Assembly (NCBI RefSeq): GCF_018350175.1
Contig: NC_058368.1
Span: 88,104,001 to 88,168,000 of the forward strand
From: Felis catus
Taxonomy: Eukaryota
Direction of reading: 5' to 3'
DNA length: 64,000 nucleotides
Made by a program: the position numbers and the translations under genes. Positions 1-12,085 of the stretch are shown here, in pieces. A model generated the notes under the pieces. The model ran no database searches and was not told the origin of the DNA. It was given only the letters and a program-made list of their open reading frames with translations. Positions within the stretch are counted from its first letter, which is position 1, and the number at the start of each line of letters is the position of its first letter.

Positions 1-2636
1 TTATGGATGAAGCAGTCTGTGATCTGCACCGCAGCATCTGCCCCCAGTGCTATCATCCTCCCTCCTCTGCCTGAGGCTCCCAGCTCAAATGCGACGTCCA
101 TGGATCTGCTTGGGTTGTCTGGGGGTCTCTCCTGCCCTAAACATGCCACAAATGCTCAGGCAAAGTTACCCTCAGGAGTCTGTATCTCTAGGGAGTGACA
201 CAAAACCTTCTGCTGGTGCTGGCTCCCCACCCCCAGGGAGCCAATCTCCCACCAAACGTCTTCTGAAGCTTCCTTTGAAATTTAAGCTGTGAAAAAATAT
301 ATAGACATGAAAGATACATGCACAGTTTTAGGAAGATTAATTCCTGTGTATCCACCTCTAGGTAAAGGTATTCACTTTCCCTCTTGATTCCATCCACCTG
401 GTGTGTCCTCTCCGGAGGAAAGGGACCATCTGCAGGCCAGGCCACACATTTATGGGGGCCCCATGCAGGCACAGCAGGGGAAGGATCCCTGCCCCTGGCA
501 GGGAATGAGGAAGTGCCAGGTGGTTACCTGGGGAAACTGAGGCCCAGCTGCTCACCCGAGGTTACCTAGGGTTACTTGGGGCCTCCCTGACCCTCCTCCC
601 TGGAGTCTGGGGATAGGGATGGATGGATGGAGCAGGGCGCCTGCCCAACTTCAGCCAGGAGGGGACGAGGCAAGCTGTCTACAGGGTCCTGCAGCCCACA
701 TTCTCACTTTCAGCCAGACCTGAGGTGTGGGGGCTGGCTGGGGTTTGGGATCGAGCTCCTCTCCTCTGGAGGTTCCCAGACCCAGGACCAGGTCAGACGC
801 CAGGATGCTAAACAGGAACCCCACCCCCCCACCCCAGGGAAGAGACCAAGGACTGGATGGAGCAAAGGGGCAAGAGCAAGAAAGACGGGGAGTGCAGATG
901 TTCACACCCTCCAGGACCCCCAGCCTGGCAGGCACCTCACACAGCTCTGTTTGCGGCCCCTGAGAAGTGGGCAGTGTTCGCGGCAGGCTGAGTCTGCTCA
1001 GGGAGGCTTAAGCCCAACTGCAGGTCATGAGGCTGCGACTGGGGCCCGAGGAGCTTGGCCTCCAGCAAGCCTGCGGCCGACCCCACACTGCCTCTCACGA
1101 CACAGGCGCTTCACTGCCTCTGTGCTGCTCTCTGGTTATCCTGGGTTCCTCCACAGCAACATGCATATCCCCTCTAAGAGTTCTCTGGACAGCATGCGGA
1201 GAGGGGCCCTGGTGTTGCCTGTGTCTGGACCCAGAGAGGACCCCGAAACCTATCCAGACAAGTGGGTACAGAGAGCGCCCGTACCCTTCTGCAAGAGCCC
1301 ACCCTTCTGCATGTCCTTCCTGGTGCAGCCTGAAGGTTGACCATGTGGGCCCAGCCCTCACATCCACACCTCATTTCCCCTCCACTCCAGGGCAGCCCTG
1401 CCCCTTGGCCTGGGCCTGGGGCTGGGCCTGGGCCAGGGCTGCAGCCAACCAGGCCTTGACTCTTGCCTCTTTGGTCATCCCAGAAGGTCCTGGCCACAGA
1501 GCAGCTCCACTCACATGAGAGTCCTGTGTTACCTCAGGGCCTTTGAACGTCCTCATCCTCCCCATAGCTGCTCCTGCCTCAGATTCCTCATCTTATGTCA
1601 GCCCCTCCTTGCCCTGCACCCCTACTGTTGAACCCTCACCCCAGCCCTGCCCCTGAGGCTCCTTGCCATTCCTGAGACAGACTGGAACCGCTACTGGCCC
1701 GGGGCCGTGCTCCCTTCTGTGCTGGGGTGGTTGGTTCTCCCTGGCAGGCCAGCTCCACCGGGCAGGGCTGTTTCCAGCCTGGTTCTCAGCCCTGCTCAGC
1801 AGACACCACAGGGGTTGGGGGGGGGGGTACCCTTAGGACCCTCTGCTTGACATTTCGCATCTCCTGCCCTTTTGAATGTGGGCGTCACTCCCAAACAGCA
1901 GTGCGCACAGGACTTGCCACAGAAACCTCAGATACTTTGACGTCACATTGTAGCTGTTGCAGGAGCAGGGGGAATGTTTCTGCTCCCACACCACTGAAGC
2001 CAGGAGGGCGTCAGCTGCACCTGGTGCTGCTAACCGAGGCCACCAGGCACAGCAGTCCTGCATGCCATGCCCCTTCCATGAGGCCCTTCACTGTCGTGAC
2101 TCCTGGCTTTCTGGGGGTGCAGTTGGAATGCAGCCAGCAGGACCCCCTGCAGGTGTTGGGTCTGGGAGGTTGGTCTGGAAGGTTCTGACTGCCCTTACTG
2201 CATTTTGGGATCTGGCATCCTGTCCATACAATCCTCAACCCTAAAGTCACGTGCCCCAGATGTTTGTCAGCTTTCAGTAACTGGATCTGTTCCTTTTGAA
2301 ATGGTGCATCATTTATTCTAGGCACTGATCAAACCTCATTCTGACACAGGGCCCATTTCACCAGGCTGTCAGGGGGCCCCGGCACACACAGCCTCCCCAC
2401 TCTAGACTGACGGTGGCCCCCAACATCTGCGGGTCTCAGATGCCCCTTCCGCTCGTGAGACGGTGGCAAGTAGTCTGCCTGTTCCAGTATCAGCCCCACC
2501 ACCTGCCCCACTCCCTCATGGTAGTTAGAATGGGGTTTCTGTGGTTGACCTGGCCCTAGCCCCCACCCCAGCCAGCAATGGGTGTATTTGCTGGATCGCA
2601 CAGCTGAATCTGTAGCCAGAAGGACTTAGTGCTTCC

Positions 2637-2845
2637 TTTTTTTAAAGTTGATTTATTCTGAGAGAGAGAGAGGGACAGAGCACAAGCAGGGGAGGGGCAG
2701 AGAGAGTGGGGGAGAGAGAATCCCCAGCAGGTTCCATGTGGTCAGCACAGAGCCTGACACAGGGCTTGACCTCACGAATGGTGAGATCATGACCTAAGCC
2801 GAAATCAAGAGTCAGACACTTAACCGACTGAGCCACCCAGGAGCC
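2637..2845 (-). mobile_element. Can-SINE (SINEC)
   Basis: Reverse complement shows the tRNA-like head (ggctcctgggtggctcagtcggttaag), a (CT)n region and an A-rich tail with AATAAA. Confidence 0.92.
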
Positions 2846-3013
2846 AGAAGGTTTTAGATCCACCAGGTAAAAGCATGCCTCCCGCCAGCTGGAGAGGAAA
2901 CTGGGAGCTAGCAGGGGGTCAGTTTTGTTGCCAGGCTGTGTGGACACGTGCACCCCAGGCTGCAGTTCATCTGAACCACTTGGGGCATGGCTGGACCTCC
3001 AGGTCCCACAGAT

Positions 3014-3455
3014 GTATTGGTCTGGGTTCTGCGGAGAAGGGGAACCATAGGGACATGCAGAGATCTAGATGAGACAAGATTTATTATGGGGATTCGCTCC
3101 CACGGTTCCGGAGCTCGGGAATTCCAAGACTCCGCTATCCACAAGCTGGAGACCCCAGAGAGCCTGGTGTCATTGTAATCGCTGAGAACCAGGGGCACTG
3201 GTGTCTGGGGGCAGGAGATGAAGGAGGTGTCGCTCAGGCAGCAAAAGAATTCCCCTTCCTCTGCCTTTCATTCTTTTCAAACCCGGGGTATTGGAGGAAA
3301 CCCACGTGCTTTGGTGAGGACAATCTTTGCTCAGTCCACAGCTTCTGATGCTCCTGTCTCTGGAATGCCCTCACAGACACACACCCAGGAATGACACGTT
3401 CCTGGCTATCCAGGCAGCCCTCAGCCTGGTCAACATGACACAAGGTTAACCATCT
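3014..3455. mobile_element. ERVL-type solo LTR (MLT2-like)
   Basis: Starts tgtattggtctgggttct, contains gatttattatggggatt and acaagctggagacccc, and ends tgacacaaggttaaccatc, as in MLT2 consensus motifs. Confidence 0.65.
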
Positions 3456-4059
3456 CTGCAGGGCTGGGTGCGGCCCAAGAACCTGCTAACAGGTTCCCTG
3501 CTTCTGGCCCAGGGGCCCTTTTTGGCAGGAGGCCAGGGTGGGTGACACAGGGCAGTGCCACACCTACAGACTGCAGCCCCAAAGCTCTTGGATTTGGGTT
3601 TCCGCTGGCAAGTGTCTGCCTGTGCACCTGCTGTCTGGCATGCATGGGGGTGCAGGCTGCCAGTGCGTTTCAGGAGTCTGCACTCTGGGAAGAGCCCCCT
3701 TGCACCCCCAGCCCCATCCATGCCTGGGCCTGGCTCTGTGGCTCCCCCGCCCCGATTTGGGGGGTACTCTACCTGATCCCGGGGCACATTGCACCCCCAG
3801 CCTCCGGCCATGCCCATGGAGAGTGGCCAGGGTGCCTGTCTGTTGGGCACCCACTTCCCCAGGAGCCCAGGTGGGGCGGGGGAGGGGGAACCAGTCTTTG
3901 CTCCCATTCTGCTGGGGACAGTCAGCTTGTCTTAGAGTCCTAGGACTCACCCACCTCCTCCACCTCCACGCAAGAGGACACCAAGGCCTGAGGACAGGAC
4001 CAGTGGCCGTGGTGACCAGTGGGGTCTCTGGAGCCCCAGTCCTGGTGCTCTGCCGAGTT

Positions 4060-4430
4060 TTTCTCTTTTAAATTGGCACACAGAGATATTCAGTGAGCCT
4101 GGGGACGTGGACACATCTGTGTGTACCCTGTTACACCCACACCCCAACAAAGGTGCAGACCACGCTCACCCCCCGCAGCATCTTCCAGCTGCCATGCACC
4201 TCACCCCCGGCTGCTGCATCCCGCCGAAGGGGCTGTTGCCAGTCCAGAGGGAGCTGTGAACACAGCTGCAAGGAACACCCTCATGTGGCACTGTGGGAAA
4301 TGCTTTCACTTCCACAGTGCCCGGAGTGGGGTTGCTGGTGTGCGCGCAGCAGTCCCTTTATGCTGGGCCCAGCTTTCCGGAGCAGCTGTGCATGTGGCTG
4401 CACCCCCCCAGCAGAGGGGACAGGGTGAAT
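4060..4430 (-). mobile_element. Old L1 (L1M) 3' region fragment, strongly diverged
   Basis: Residual motifs gctgtgaacacagctgcaaggaacaccc, cccggagtggggttgctgg and ttccggagcagctgtgc...cccccagcag are colinear with the antisense L1M 3' region. Confidence 0.5.
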
Positions 4431-6087
4431 ACTCACAATGGCCTGGCCAGGCTGGGCTCCTCTCCTGGGGGGGGGAGGTCTCAGACCTGGGTCTTCCCTG
4501 GCCTCCTTGGCCCCACCGTCCACAGGACACCTCCTTTTCTTGCCCCCTAATGTCCTTGTTGGGGTCAGATGGTCCTGGTCCTCTCCTGTGGCACCCCTGC
4601 TCTCTGCCCTCTCACCTGAAATAAAGCCCAAGCCTGCCTCTCTCCTTGGGGGCCCAGGGAGGAGAGAGGGGCCCTCTCATTTCTGAAGGAATCCTCCCTC
4701 AGATCCTGCAAAGAGACCAATGGGACTCTTACCTGGGTTCTGAGTGGGTCACCCTGCTGGTGGCCACCAGCAGGGCCTGTATCTGAACTCAGAGCTCCTG
4801 GGAACCAGGCTTGCAGTGTCCTATCAGGGAACACGGCTGAGTACATGGAGCTGCTCTGCTCTGGGGGGTTGGCACTGGGGCCTGCTTGAGTTAGAGTTCT
4901 CTGGGAATGTTCAGGGGCTGGCGGTGCAGCCAGGTTGGCAAGGGGCCAGCACAGAGCAGGGAACAGCTCCATAGGTTGGGACAACATGAGTGAACTACTG
5001 TTGCTGGTGGCATGCAAGAGGAGGCTGAATGGTTTTTCAACACAGGAGGCATCAGGTAAGGCTTGCTCAAGGTGAGCTAGAGCTAAGATTCCATTATTTC
5101 TTGAGTAGAAGTAAGTCAGAGGTGGGAGAGGCATGTGATGATGAGAACAGCTAGACTAGAGGGTCTTCCTTTTGTCCTTGGAGAACATCTGAGTATATTA
5201 TACCCTGTTGGGGGAAGAGCAATGTAGATAAAGGGATAGGGGTCCCTTCGTGATGTGGTCAGTTGGGGTGGGTGAAAGACCTTATGTGGGGACCTGAGGT
5301 GTGGCTGGGGAGGGCCTGGCACCCAGTGAGGTGGTGGTGGGGGGACGGAGGAAGGAGTTGAGCCCCCACAGGTCCTGCAGGGGGACACAGATTGTGAGGG
5401 GTACAGTCCCAGGCTCCACCTGGATGAAGCTGTTCTCTTGAGGTCCACCCACCAAGGGTGAGGGGCGCTGGTGTCTGTGTCCCTGTTTCTGCTCCCTCTT
5501 CCTCTTTCAGGACCCGGACAGAGGACAGTGGGAGGGAGGGACCCTGCAGAGTCTGGGGGACACAGAACGCATTCTGGCTTCTGGAAGCCCTGGCCATGAG
5601 CCCAGGAATGTGGGGCACTGGCAGCTGTGAGAGGTGGGGAGGACCCTCCTGGAGTCTTCAGGCCCCCAGGGCAGGGCCACATCCCACAGACCACACCCCA
5701 GACTGCACTGCCCCCAGCCCAAAGTAGCTGTCAAGTGGGGCCGTGGGCCACTGGGCAGCTTCCTGATGGCCCAGTAGGTGCCCAGTGCTCCGCTGGGTGG
5801 AGGACTTGGAGCTGAGGGACTCTGATGTGGATTGGGGGCTAGCCCGCTGCTGCTGCACATGCAAGGGTGTCCAGGACCCCAGGCGAGGACCCCCACCTGC
5901 CTGTATGGTCCCTGTTCTGGTTCTGTGGCCTGGCCACAAGCTCCACAAAGCTTCAGATGAGTCTTCATACACGATATCTCATCATTCTGGGGCTCGGGAC
6001 CTGGGGCATCTCGGGGACATGTACTGGCCTGAGGTCTTGCATGAGGTGCAGGAGATGGCCACAGTGCCTGTGTTTACCCCACAGGTT

Positions 6088-6470
6088 CTACAATGGATGG
6101 AGCTGTGTCACCCCAAATTCCCGGTGGTCCAGGACCACAGAATGTGGGCTCATGTGGAAATGGGGTCTTTGCAGAGGTGATCAAGGTGGGGTATCTCGAG
6201 GTGAGAGCATCCTGGATCAGGGTGGGTCCTTATGAGACAAGGGAGGGGGGCTTGAGATGGCCACATGGTGACAGAGGCAGATATTGGGGAGACATGGCCA
6301 CAAGCCCAGAACGCCTGGGGCCCTGGCAGCCGGGAGAGGCAGGAGGAACCCTCCTGGAGCCTTCTGAGGGAGTGAGGCCCTGTGACACCTTGACTTCAGT
6401 CTCCTGGCCTCCAGACCTGGGGGTCTGTCCTAGGCCCCCTGTTTGTGGTACTTCATTAGCAGACCCAGGG
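6088..6470. mobile_element. MaLR solo LTR (MLT1-like)
   Basis: Typical motifs: ggaaatggggtctttgcagaggtgatcaag, gggtgggtccttat, gacaccttgacttcag..ctggcctccaga, tttgtggtacttcatt. Confidence 0.8.
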
Positions 6471-7149
6471 CCTTGGGCAGCCTTCTGTACTTACTGAGCT
6501 GGTACACAGGCTGGAAGGATGGGGACCCCGTGGACACCGTGTCCCTTCTTTGTGCCAGTCCTGGTGCTGCCTGCACACAGCAGCCACAGGGTGGCCCACT
6601 TCTTGCCGCTGGGCAGGCAGTCGGCTGTGGGGCTCAGGGCCACCTAGTGGTCACAGTGGCTCTGGCTCTTGGGGACAGAGCAGTCCCCTCCTGGGCATCC
6701 CCTGCCCTGTACCCCGCTCCCACCAGCAGAGCAGGCCTGGCATTAGCTTACCAGAGAGCACCCCCTCACCCTGCTTCCCTCACTTGTCGCCCCCAAAGCC
6801 CCATGTCTGCAGGAAGCCAGGCATGTAGAATGTTGGCCCTGCAAGCCTCAGCCAACTACCTGGGGAAAGACGGGCCGCTGTGGGGCAGGGCTCCCTTGCC
6901 TGCTGGCCACCCTCCCCATCCAGGCTGCAGGCCCAGGCCTGGAGCACATGTCAAGATGCATGGACTCTCTCAGGGCTGCAGACACGTCTCACTGACCATC
7001 CCATCATGCAAAGCCCAGGCACCTGGACAACAAGCAGAGAGGGGTGCCACGGGGGTCAGATACCTAGTGAGTGGCCCGGTCAGAGGCACCGAGTGAAGCT
7101 AACAGCCTCCCCCTCTCTGTGCCCATGGCCTCTGCCATCTGATGCCCTC

Positions 7150-7470
7150 TTCCCCCCAGCTCATTCCAGTTCACAGGCCTCAGGTCCTCCGGGCCCTGTA
7201 GCTCCTCAGCTCTGTCCAGGCTCCTGCCCCAGGGCCTTTGCACTGGCTGCCCACCCCAGGTAAGCTCCCTCCCTCCCTTTGTGTACCTGTGCTCTCCCCC
7301 TCCTGCTTCTCTCTGCCCCTACCTCTGCTTTCTTCTACTACACACGACACATTTGATGCATTTATTTGTTTTACTGTTTTTGTCCCCCAGTGACAGGCAG
7401 GACATTTGCATGGACACACTATATAGACACTCACTAAGTGCTTGTCAATTGTTCCTGGGCAGATGACTGA
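7150..7470 (+). mobile_element. L2 LINE 3' fragment
   Basis: cccagggcctttgcactggctg and atttatttgttttactg..agacactcactaagtgcttg resemble the L2 3' end. Confidence 0.5.
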
Positions 7471-10400
7471 CAGGAGAGCAGGGTGGGTCTCAGGGGCAGC
7501 CAGCAGGCTCAGAGAGGGGCCTGGGGCCATGCTGGGGTCTGCTGGGTGGAAGGCCACCTGGTGGTCACAGTGGCTCTGGCTCTTGGGGACAGAGGAGAGA
7601 GATCCGAGGAGATCCGGGCGGAGACGGTCAGGTGGGGGCGCTCCTGCCCAGGCCACTGCCACCGGGCTGGGAACTCTCCATGCTTTAATTAAAGCCCGCC
7701 CCTCCGCCTGACCCCACTCTGCCATCACATTCTCCACTTAATTGGGGCCCTTCAGAGCAGCCGAGGTTAATTAAAAAGCCCAGTTGAAGGCATCGCGGTG
7801 TCCTGGCATCTGCCGCCAGCGCCTGCCCGCGCCCAACCCGCCTCCCCCCCACCCCCATCCCCTGAGGGCCACCCCCTAGACTGTCGACCCACCTGGGCCC
7901 CTGAGTCCACCTCCTCACACCTTGCCCCTCAGAGATCCTGAGTTTCTGGCCCCACCAAGGGGTGGGGGACATGGCCTGAGTTAGGTTCTGTCCAGCCCTG
8001 GGGTCCAGGCACTGCTTCTGGCTCCCAGGCCGGGGTGGGCTGGCCTGTCTTCTGCAGCCCAAATCCTCTACCCACGGGCCCAGCTGTGCACCAGAACCTG
8101 AGGAGCCCCTTTTCTAGGGGAGGGAGGTCTGAAGCCTCTTCCCACCACCGTGTTAGGATATCTGTGAGGAAGAGACCAGAACTGGCCGCAGACGGGCTCC
8201 TGGCTCCCCAGCTGGTTCAGGGCTGTGGGTTCTCTGTGAGGGCAGCTGGCATGGGGAGATGAGGGGATCTGAGGCCCACCAGGTGAGAAGCCGGTGACCC
8301 TGGGGTCTGTGAGCCAAACCTTCAAAGACTTCATATCCCCAGGCCTGGCTGCAGAGAGGGAGACACAGGCCATGAAAGGCCAAGGCCCTGACAAAAGCTG
8401 GCCTTGTTTGGCCGCGGATGGGAGGAGAGAAGGTCACAGCATCATGCTGCTGCCCACACCCCCAGCATCTGGGCCTCCAGGCAGTGTGCCGGGTTGCCCA
8501 GAAGAGCAGGGCTGGGACTGGGGGAGCCTGAGCCGGCATCCAGGTCCCGTTGGGAGGTCTGGTGGTGTTTATGGCCAGAGAGAAATTATCCCTCATGACA
8601 CCTGACAGTGGAACACAGCCAGTGCTGGAGGCCACAGGTGTGCCGAGATCTGCTGGGGCTGCTGCCTGAGGGCTGCAGAGGGAGCCCTGGGGAGGCCCTG
8701 GTTGGTTTCCAGGCACAGGTATGTCCCCAAGGGCCTGCTCAGAGCCCCCAGGGCAGGGGACACAGGAAGCCAACACGTCCCTCCTCTGGCTGAGGATGCA
8801 GGCACCTGACCTGTGGGACTGGGTCAGCTCATGGTGGAGGGTCTGTCCAGGGGAGGGGCTTGGCCTGGAGCCAGGAACGAAACATGTGACAGGCCCTGTG
8901 ACAGGGACAGGTGGGGAGTCCCCCGCCTGCAGCACCCCCCTCCATCAGAGTCCCCACCATACCTGTTACCCTCACAGCTGTCTGGAACCAGGCTGCAGTC
9001 CCAGTGCTTGGAGGGGAAGTCGAGGCCCCCAGGTCCGGGCTGGGCTGTCTGCTGGTCCAAGCTGGTTGCTGGGCCCCAGCCCCACCGGCTTCCCCACATC
9101 AGCCATCTGTCCTCCCTAACTGGGAGGAAACATCTGCTCCCCCCATCCCACCTCACCCCCATCTCCAGGAGTGCTGGCAGGGATATGGGCCGCTGGGGCA
9201 GTACTGGGTGGCTCGCCAGTGGCCCAACAGGGGCATTAATGTGGCTCATCCAGCCTGGCCTGCCTAAGGCCTGGGGCTGGGGCTGGGGAGGGTAGACCTG
9301 TTGGGAGCTGGGTCTGCCGGTAGGCAGAGAGCTGGGCCCTAGAGCCAGGAAGGGCTCCTTTGGAGGCTCTGGTCTGTAGCTCGAGGGACAAGGCAAGGAA
9401 GGGCTTGGCATCAGAGCCCTCCCCTGGCCACCAAGGCACATGCACACACATGCAGAGCTGTTCAGGCCTCCCTGTGGCTGAAGCGGTGGAGGCAAGGGTG
9501 AAAGAAGGCATGGGGGGTGGGTATGACTTAAGGGCTCTGCTTCCCCTGAGACTCTGCCAAGTGCCTGTGGGCAAGCCATGCCCTACCTGCTGTCAGTCTC
9601 TCCGACATGAATCAGAGGACCCCCTTCAGCTCAGAGTGGGACCAGATCACAGATGGCAGATCGCAGCAGGTGCAAGCTGAGACACAAACACCATCCTGTG
9701 GGCACTGGGGAGCTATGGAAAGTTCTGGAGCAGAGGAGGAGCTAGCTCCGGGCTGTGGCCAGGAAGGTGGTGTGGCCCCCCGCCTCAGTTCCCAAGGTTC
9801 TGGCCCAGGCCTGGGACTTAAAAGCACACTCAAGGAAGAGTGACTTACAGGGCTGCAGACCTCAAGTGGCCCTACTCACTTTCCGCCTTGCCTCTCTGCA
9901 GACTGCAGGCTACAGGCTGGCGGGGCCTGGTCTAGCAAGAACTGTGTGGACTGTGGACAGAGGGGGTGCTCAGACGCTCTGGAGGCTCTGCACGGGCCTG
10001 CCTGCTTCTCTGCACCCAGTTCTCAGGCGAGGGACAGACAGGAAGGCAGTGCCCTTGTCCCACAAGCCTTGCGCACTGAGGCTCCAGCCTTCCCACATCC
10101 CTGCTGTCTGCTGTGCAGATGGCTGTGGGGCTGGGAAGGGGTGTGTGTGGGGGGGGAGGGGGGGTCCTGACATTTGCCATTGGGACTTTGAGGAGGCCTG
10201 TTAGGTGATAGGGACTGGGCTTGGATGCAGGGCACCCCTGGGGAAGCTGGAGCCTACAGACCTCCTCTCTGGAGGGGCCTTTCTGTCATGGAAGTCTCAC
10301 CTCCTCCTGGAAGCCCCTCCAGGATTGACTGCAATGTGCCAACCCTCCCACTTAGATGGGCTGTGGGAAGCAGGACAGCCTCGTCCTTTAGAGTTGGGGG

Positions 10401-11418
10401 GGATGAGACACCCCTAGAGCTGGGCCTCCACAGTGGGGGGTGGGGAGGGTGGCAGACGATGCCGTCCCTGCCAGCTGGGCTGTTTGGTGGACGAGTCCTG
10501 GTCCTCACACCATAAACACCAATTTGCAGGGCCCCAAGAGCCAAATGACTGTTTACCGTGCACTCCAGAGACTCAAATAAAAAAGGGAGAGAGAGAGAGA
10601 CGTGATTGAGGTGCCAGCCTGCAGCTAAACGTCTATTAGCACCTTCTGACTAGCTCCTGTCCCAGCTGCCAGGCGGGCGGTGGCGGCTCCCTGGCTGGGG
10701 CCCTCCCAGGGCTTCCCTGGTGCCCTGGGCACCCCGCCTGGTCCTGGCAGCTACAGGGATAGACTCCCACAAGTGGAGGGGGCCTCAGGGGCCTGGGAGA
10801 GGATGAAAGAGCCATAGAAAGTGTGCCCCATGTTCACGTCCTCCTGGAAGCCCTTCCAGGTGACCCACAAGGTAGCGAAGGGGCCATCACCACCTAACCC
10901 TCCAGGGCCAAGGTCACTAGGCCAGGTGGGAGTGTGCTCCCATCTCCCCCACTTTATGGAGGGACATGGGGGTGGCCTGGCCCTCATGCACTCACACAGG
11001 GGAGAGCGCCCTCATCCAGCATGCCTCAGTTTACCCATTGGTGCCTATGAACACTAGGGCTGGCAGTGCCCCCACCCAGGTGGGATGGGAGAGGCACTGT
11101 CCCAATCTCCTCAAACCTTGGATGTTGTCCTTGGGGATCATGTACAGTCCACACTGAGCTTATCCAGGTTGGAGGGTGGCATAGACAGGTCAGGTACTCT
11201 GTTCCTGTTTTAGCCAGAGGCCAAGGGGCTTCCAGAGAGGAAGCTGCTGACTGCCAGCCCGAGACCTCACAATACCCTGTCCTTAGGATAACAGAAAGGC
11301 TTCATAAAGGCAGATGGGGTTCCAACCGGGAAACGGATGTCAAGAGGGATGAGCAGGTTGGGGAGGACCTGGGGCTTGGGGTAAGGGGGAGCAGAGGGAG
11401 TGAGGTCATTCTAGGTCA

Positions 11419-12085
11419 TCCCAGACCGAGCCCCAGGGCAGGCCCATATGCCCCAGACCCCAGGGCAGGGCTCTGTCCCCCAGACTGGGCCCCAGGACAG
11501 GGCTGTGTCCGCCAGACCCCAGAGCAGGGCTGTGTCCCCCAGACCCTAGAGCAGAGCCATGTCCCCCAGACCAGACCCCAGGGCAGAGTCATGATCCCCA
11601 GACCAGACCCAGAACAGAGCCGTGTTCCCCAGATGAGACCCCAGGGCAAGGCCACGTCCCCCAGACGAGGCCCCAGAGCAGGGCTGTGTCTCCTGGACTG
11701 GGCCCCGGGGCAGGGTTGTGTCCCCCAGACGGGACTCTGGGGCAGAATCATGATCCCCAGACTAGATCCCAGGGCAGGGCTGTGTCCCCCAGACCCCAGA
11801 ATAGGGCCATGTGCCCCAGACCAGACCCTAGGGCAAGACCATGTCCTGCCAGACTGGACCCCAGGGCAGGGCCATGTCCCCCAGACTAGACCACAGGGCA
11901 GGGCAGCATCCCCCAGATGAGACCCCAGGGCAGGGCTGTGTGCCCAGACCAGACTGCAGGGCAGGGCCGTGTCCCCCAGACCAGACCCCGTGGCAGAGTC
12001 ATGATCCCCAGACAGGATCCCAGGGCTGTGTCCCCCAAACCCCAGGGCAGGACTGTGTGCCCCAGACCAGACCACAGGGCAGGGG
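11419..12085. repeat. Minisatellite, unit about 25-33 bp (ccccagaccagaccccagggcagggctgtgt), about 20 diverged copies
   Basis: Directly visible tandem units, including a recurring variant ...agagtcatgatcccc. Confidence 0.95.
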
